Assembly (NCBI GenBank): GCA_002633005.1
Contig: NMRA01000025.1
Span: forward strand, 385,450-449,449
DNA length: 64,000 nt
Origin: Phoronis australis
Lineage: Eukaryota > Animalia > Phoronida
Direction: 5' to 3'
A program made the position numbers and the translations under genes. Of this stretch, positions 60,805 to 64,000 are shown piece after piece. How positions within the stretch are numbered: position 1 is the stretch's first letter; each line of letters begins with the position of its first letter. The notes under the pieces were generated by a model. That model had not been told where the DNA came from. It did not search any database and saw nothing but the letters and a program-made list of their open reading frames with translations.

Positions 60805-62624
60805 AAGGATCTAAACGGCAATTTTGCGACTTTCATTTTCCTCAAACCTTCTGCAATCGTGTCCAACCGCGGGTTAATTTCCGACCAAAGGAATTGTCCT
60901 TAAAAATAAACGAATGAGATTACACAGGCTACTAAATAGGGGGGAGGGCTTCTGAGGAATTGCCAATAAGACGAGAGCCCGAGATTTGGAAGACGCGTTA
61001 CTCTTATTGTTTTTACCTCGACAATTGAGGACTTTAGAAGCGGCGGTGCTCTTCCTGTTTGAGTGTGTGCGTGCATTCTGTATGCACTTATAAGTAAATT
61101 TATCGAAAAGCTTTTTGTACAAAGCTTTTTTTAGAAAAGCGTTTTAGTGAAACTTTTTACACACGCATAAAAATTTCATGCTCGGCTTAATGCCCACCCA
61201 GATTTTTTACTTTTACGATTGAAGTATCGAAGGTGTTTTAAAACCCGCATTATTGCGGTAATACAGTGAAACATAAATAAAATGAAAATTAGTGCAAATT
61301 AGTAGATTTCATGCTATAGTTAAACATTAGAGTAGTTCTAGCATTAGGCCCTAACCAGATCACGCCGGCTCACTGCAAAACCTCTAAAATGCGCCATCTG
61401 GCGCTGAGGAACTGCGCTCAGTAATAGTTACTAAAAGTCCAATTCATTCAAATAGGGTTTGCTATGTAATGGTAAGAACATCAAATTAACTGATCATAAC
61501 AAGTTACACTGATCTGACGTCATAAGACATTGTGAAATCACTGACCTTAAGTCACTGATAGCCGGCATCTTCATTACAGGACACTCACGCATTCTACGAT
61601 AGGACATTTGCAGCCCTGAGGCAAACAGGAACCAACAAAGGAAACTGAATTGTAATCATGTATTCACGACTGATAATGTCAAATGCTAATGCGATAATCA
61701 CAAGATATACAATATGGCTTTTTTCTTAAGAATTACAAATCCAAAAATCAAGCTATTTTTTGGTTTAACACCGATTTTATTATGAAAACTAACACGTTCA
61801 TACTTTTGGGAACAGTTGCGTTTATTGCTATATAAGTAATATGGTGGTTCGTCCCATTGAATGCCAGCATTGTGCAAAAATTAAACTAACCCAGAGGATA
61901 GATTATCCAGTTTCATGCAACCCAGCCGTGGCCATCTATACATGTATATACATCGCATGCTGTTAGTGGACCAGAGATTCAATCGAAGGACATAGTCAAG
62001 AAGACACAGTCAAGATGCATCTGCTACAGATAACTGCATTTCTGCGAGAGACTCAGCTTTGGGGAAAAGTTCGGAAGGCAATGAAGCACCACGGCAATTT
62101 AACTGAAGAGTGGGATATTTCGTGGGCAAACTGTTTGCGTGGCGCAACTTCACCTTCCACTACAAATGTGCAACTCGGGATTTCACTGACAGTCAGTGGG
62201 TATTACAAAAAATCCTTCTTGCTATTGTGGTGGATTTTCGCGGTCATTTACCAGATCATCTACGTGGCGTTGCAAGCCGCTGTGCTTTACGAAGAAGGCG
62301 ACGCCGAGGAAGAAGAAATGGCCGAAAAATGGAGTAATGGACGAGAGCTGGCTATGTCCTACTCTTTCCACCGACAGACAGGAGTTGATAACAGGACTTT
62401 TGTTTTCTACTGGCTTACGTCTCATTCTTGATGACCTATGTACAAGCCAAGCGTGGTGCCCCAGAGCCGCAACCATCAAATTTGAAGGACGAACTATAGC
62501 ATAACAAACATGATCTGCTATTTAACGACTGAATCGTTGATCTGAAAGGCAGTGCAGAGACGCTGATATGATATTGACATGGACGAGGAAGACGAGCGAG
62601 AGAAAAGTTAAACAGAGAGCATGA

Positions 62625-62641
62625 ACACACAAACACAAACA

Positions 62642-62703
<62 letters not shown>
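62625..62703 (+). repeat. (AC)n microsatellite
   Basis: Visible directly in the sequence. Confidence 0.97.
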
Positions 62704-62705
<2 letters not shown>

Positions 62706-64000
62706 ACAATTTCCCTGAGAAGGAAGGGTCCAAAGTATCCCAGAAGGTCGCATGGGAACCACATCAAAACAATAAAAGCAATAACGAGAAGGCTCCTGCC
62801 AAGAAGAAAAATTTCTGCCCTGGTACATGAAGCTACGGTGAGTTTTGTTTCGTGTGTGCTTCCTTGACACCTACTCTAAAGTCCAGTTCCTGGGCAGCCG
62901 ATTCTGATCAGTGAAACGTACAGCACTTACGACGGCATGTTACTGTCCTATTTGTGGTCTTTTTCATAGTCAACTAACCAGCACGTTTCTTACACCTCTG
63001 GGTTTCGAAGATCATCTTTTCCACATAGATGTAGGTTGGATTCACCGATTAGTAGTGGTATAAAGGAGGGATAACTCAAGACTAGAATCCATTCATTTTA
63101 TGTTGGTATGAGTCGAAAAGGCCACATTTCACGGCAGACAATGTGACGGTGTCATAGTGTGTACTGTTTCCTTCAACCTAAGCGTCGATAGTGATCACAG
63201 TCTGTCTCCGTAAACTAATCTTCCTTAGGCAGATTTGTGCGCAGTAAATACCGACATGAACTCGTGATCACAATCACAGGACGTTTAGAATTAGTGGTGT
63301 AGATGTATGCATTTGACTAAATGAGAGACGAGTGAAAAACTGGGTGAGCGTGTTTGGCAATAGTTTGTTGTTTACTCATGTCTATTTTCTTAAGTGAGTA
63401 CGGAAATATAACATTTGACATATCATGTGTATTTAATGCGACGTTGTTTGGAACTTGGTGAGAATTAAATGCATAAAGATTCCCAGAAAATGAGAGACCT
63501 TAATAATGAATGACTTAAAGGACTCAAAGCACGTAAAGCATGCCAATGTAATAAAGGACGAAGAAATCAGAGGAAGAAGCATCAGAAGTCATAACAGGAA
63601 GAAGCATCAGAAGTCATATAATAAATAGAGAATCCTACACTCATCTCAGCTTTACCTACTCGATGTTATAAACCAGTCGTGTCGTAACACATTTCAGGCC
63701 ATGTGAGAAAACAAAATATAGACCGATCCGTTCTGTACATGTATATCAGATCATGAGATTAGGCCTAATGTTGCTCTGATTCAGTCAATGACACCTGATG
63801 TCACTATTGGGATCGTTCCATTTTTGTACAATATTTGCCCATGTAATATGTTAGCCACGGTTTAGTAATAGTTTGTGAAAATGTGAGTCTGAGTACTGTT
63901 GCATATATGATTCGAGATATCGTACAAAATGTGGTCTTGAATTTTTTGGTGTGTTGCAGAAACACACACTTTTTGGACCTACGGTTTCAGATGCTTTGTA

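Noticed and set aside
61589-61615. 27-nt AG/GT-bounded minus-strand segment as a racemase micro-exon
   Set aside because: The peptide GCKCPIVEC does not resemble the expected upstream racemase sequence (TIADG...WPII...V).
62436-62870. ORFs with (CV)n or (HT)n runs
   Set aside because: Translations of the (AC)n microsatellite.

Overview
Intron-rich, repeat-rich animal DNA, most likely a marine invertebrate (probably lophotrochozoan; the species cannot be fixed from sequence). Most ORFs in the supplied track are noise. Three spliced genes can be reconstructed by hand with consistent GT-AG phases. (1) CPSF6/CFIm68 on the minus strand: 9 exons, 17004->2673, with the C-terminus beyond the left edge. 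(2) A secreted PAN/Apple + 3x LamG-like protein on the plus strand: 6 exons, 28875-47942, about 721 aa, including a 64-nt exon absent from the ORF track. (3) The last two exons of a serine/aspartate racemase-family gene on the minus strand, 59246->57753. The rest is layered mobile DNA: a LINE split by a Sola3 element and by a dead Gmr1-type Ty3/Gypsy element (PR-INT-RT-RH order), plus Kolobok, Academ-like, hAT-like and Helentron-type (HINE) non-autonomous elements. Most notable: (a) the Gmr1 LTRs carry a dense heat-shock-element array directly upstream of a TATA box, and the 3' LTR has lost its polyA region 2 kb upstream of the PAN-LamG gene; (b) CPSF6 intron 1 holds a miniature LTR element (TRIM) whose LTRs contain a tRNA-like Pol III promoter, plus two solo LTRs; (c) a HINE family's ~140-150 bp internal repeats each carry a co-oriented CTCF-like motif. 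One N at 40101 marks an assembly join. All family assignments come from motif recognition by eye, not from database searches.
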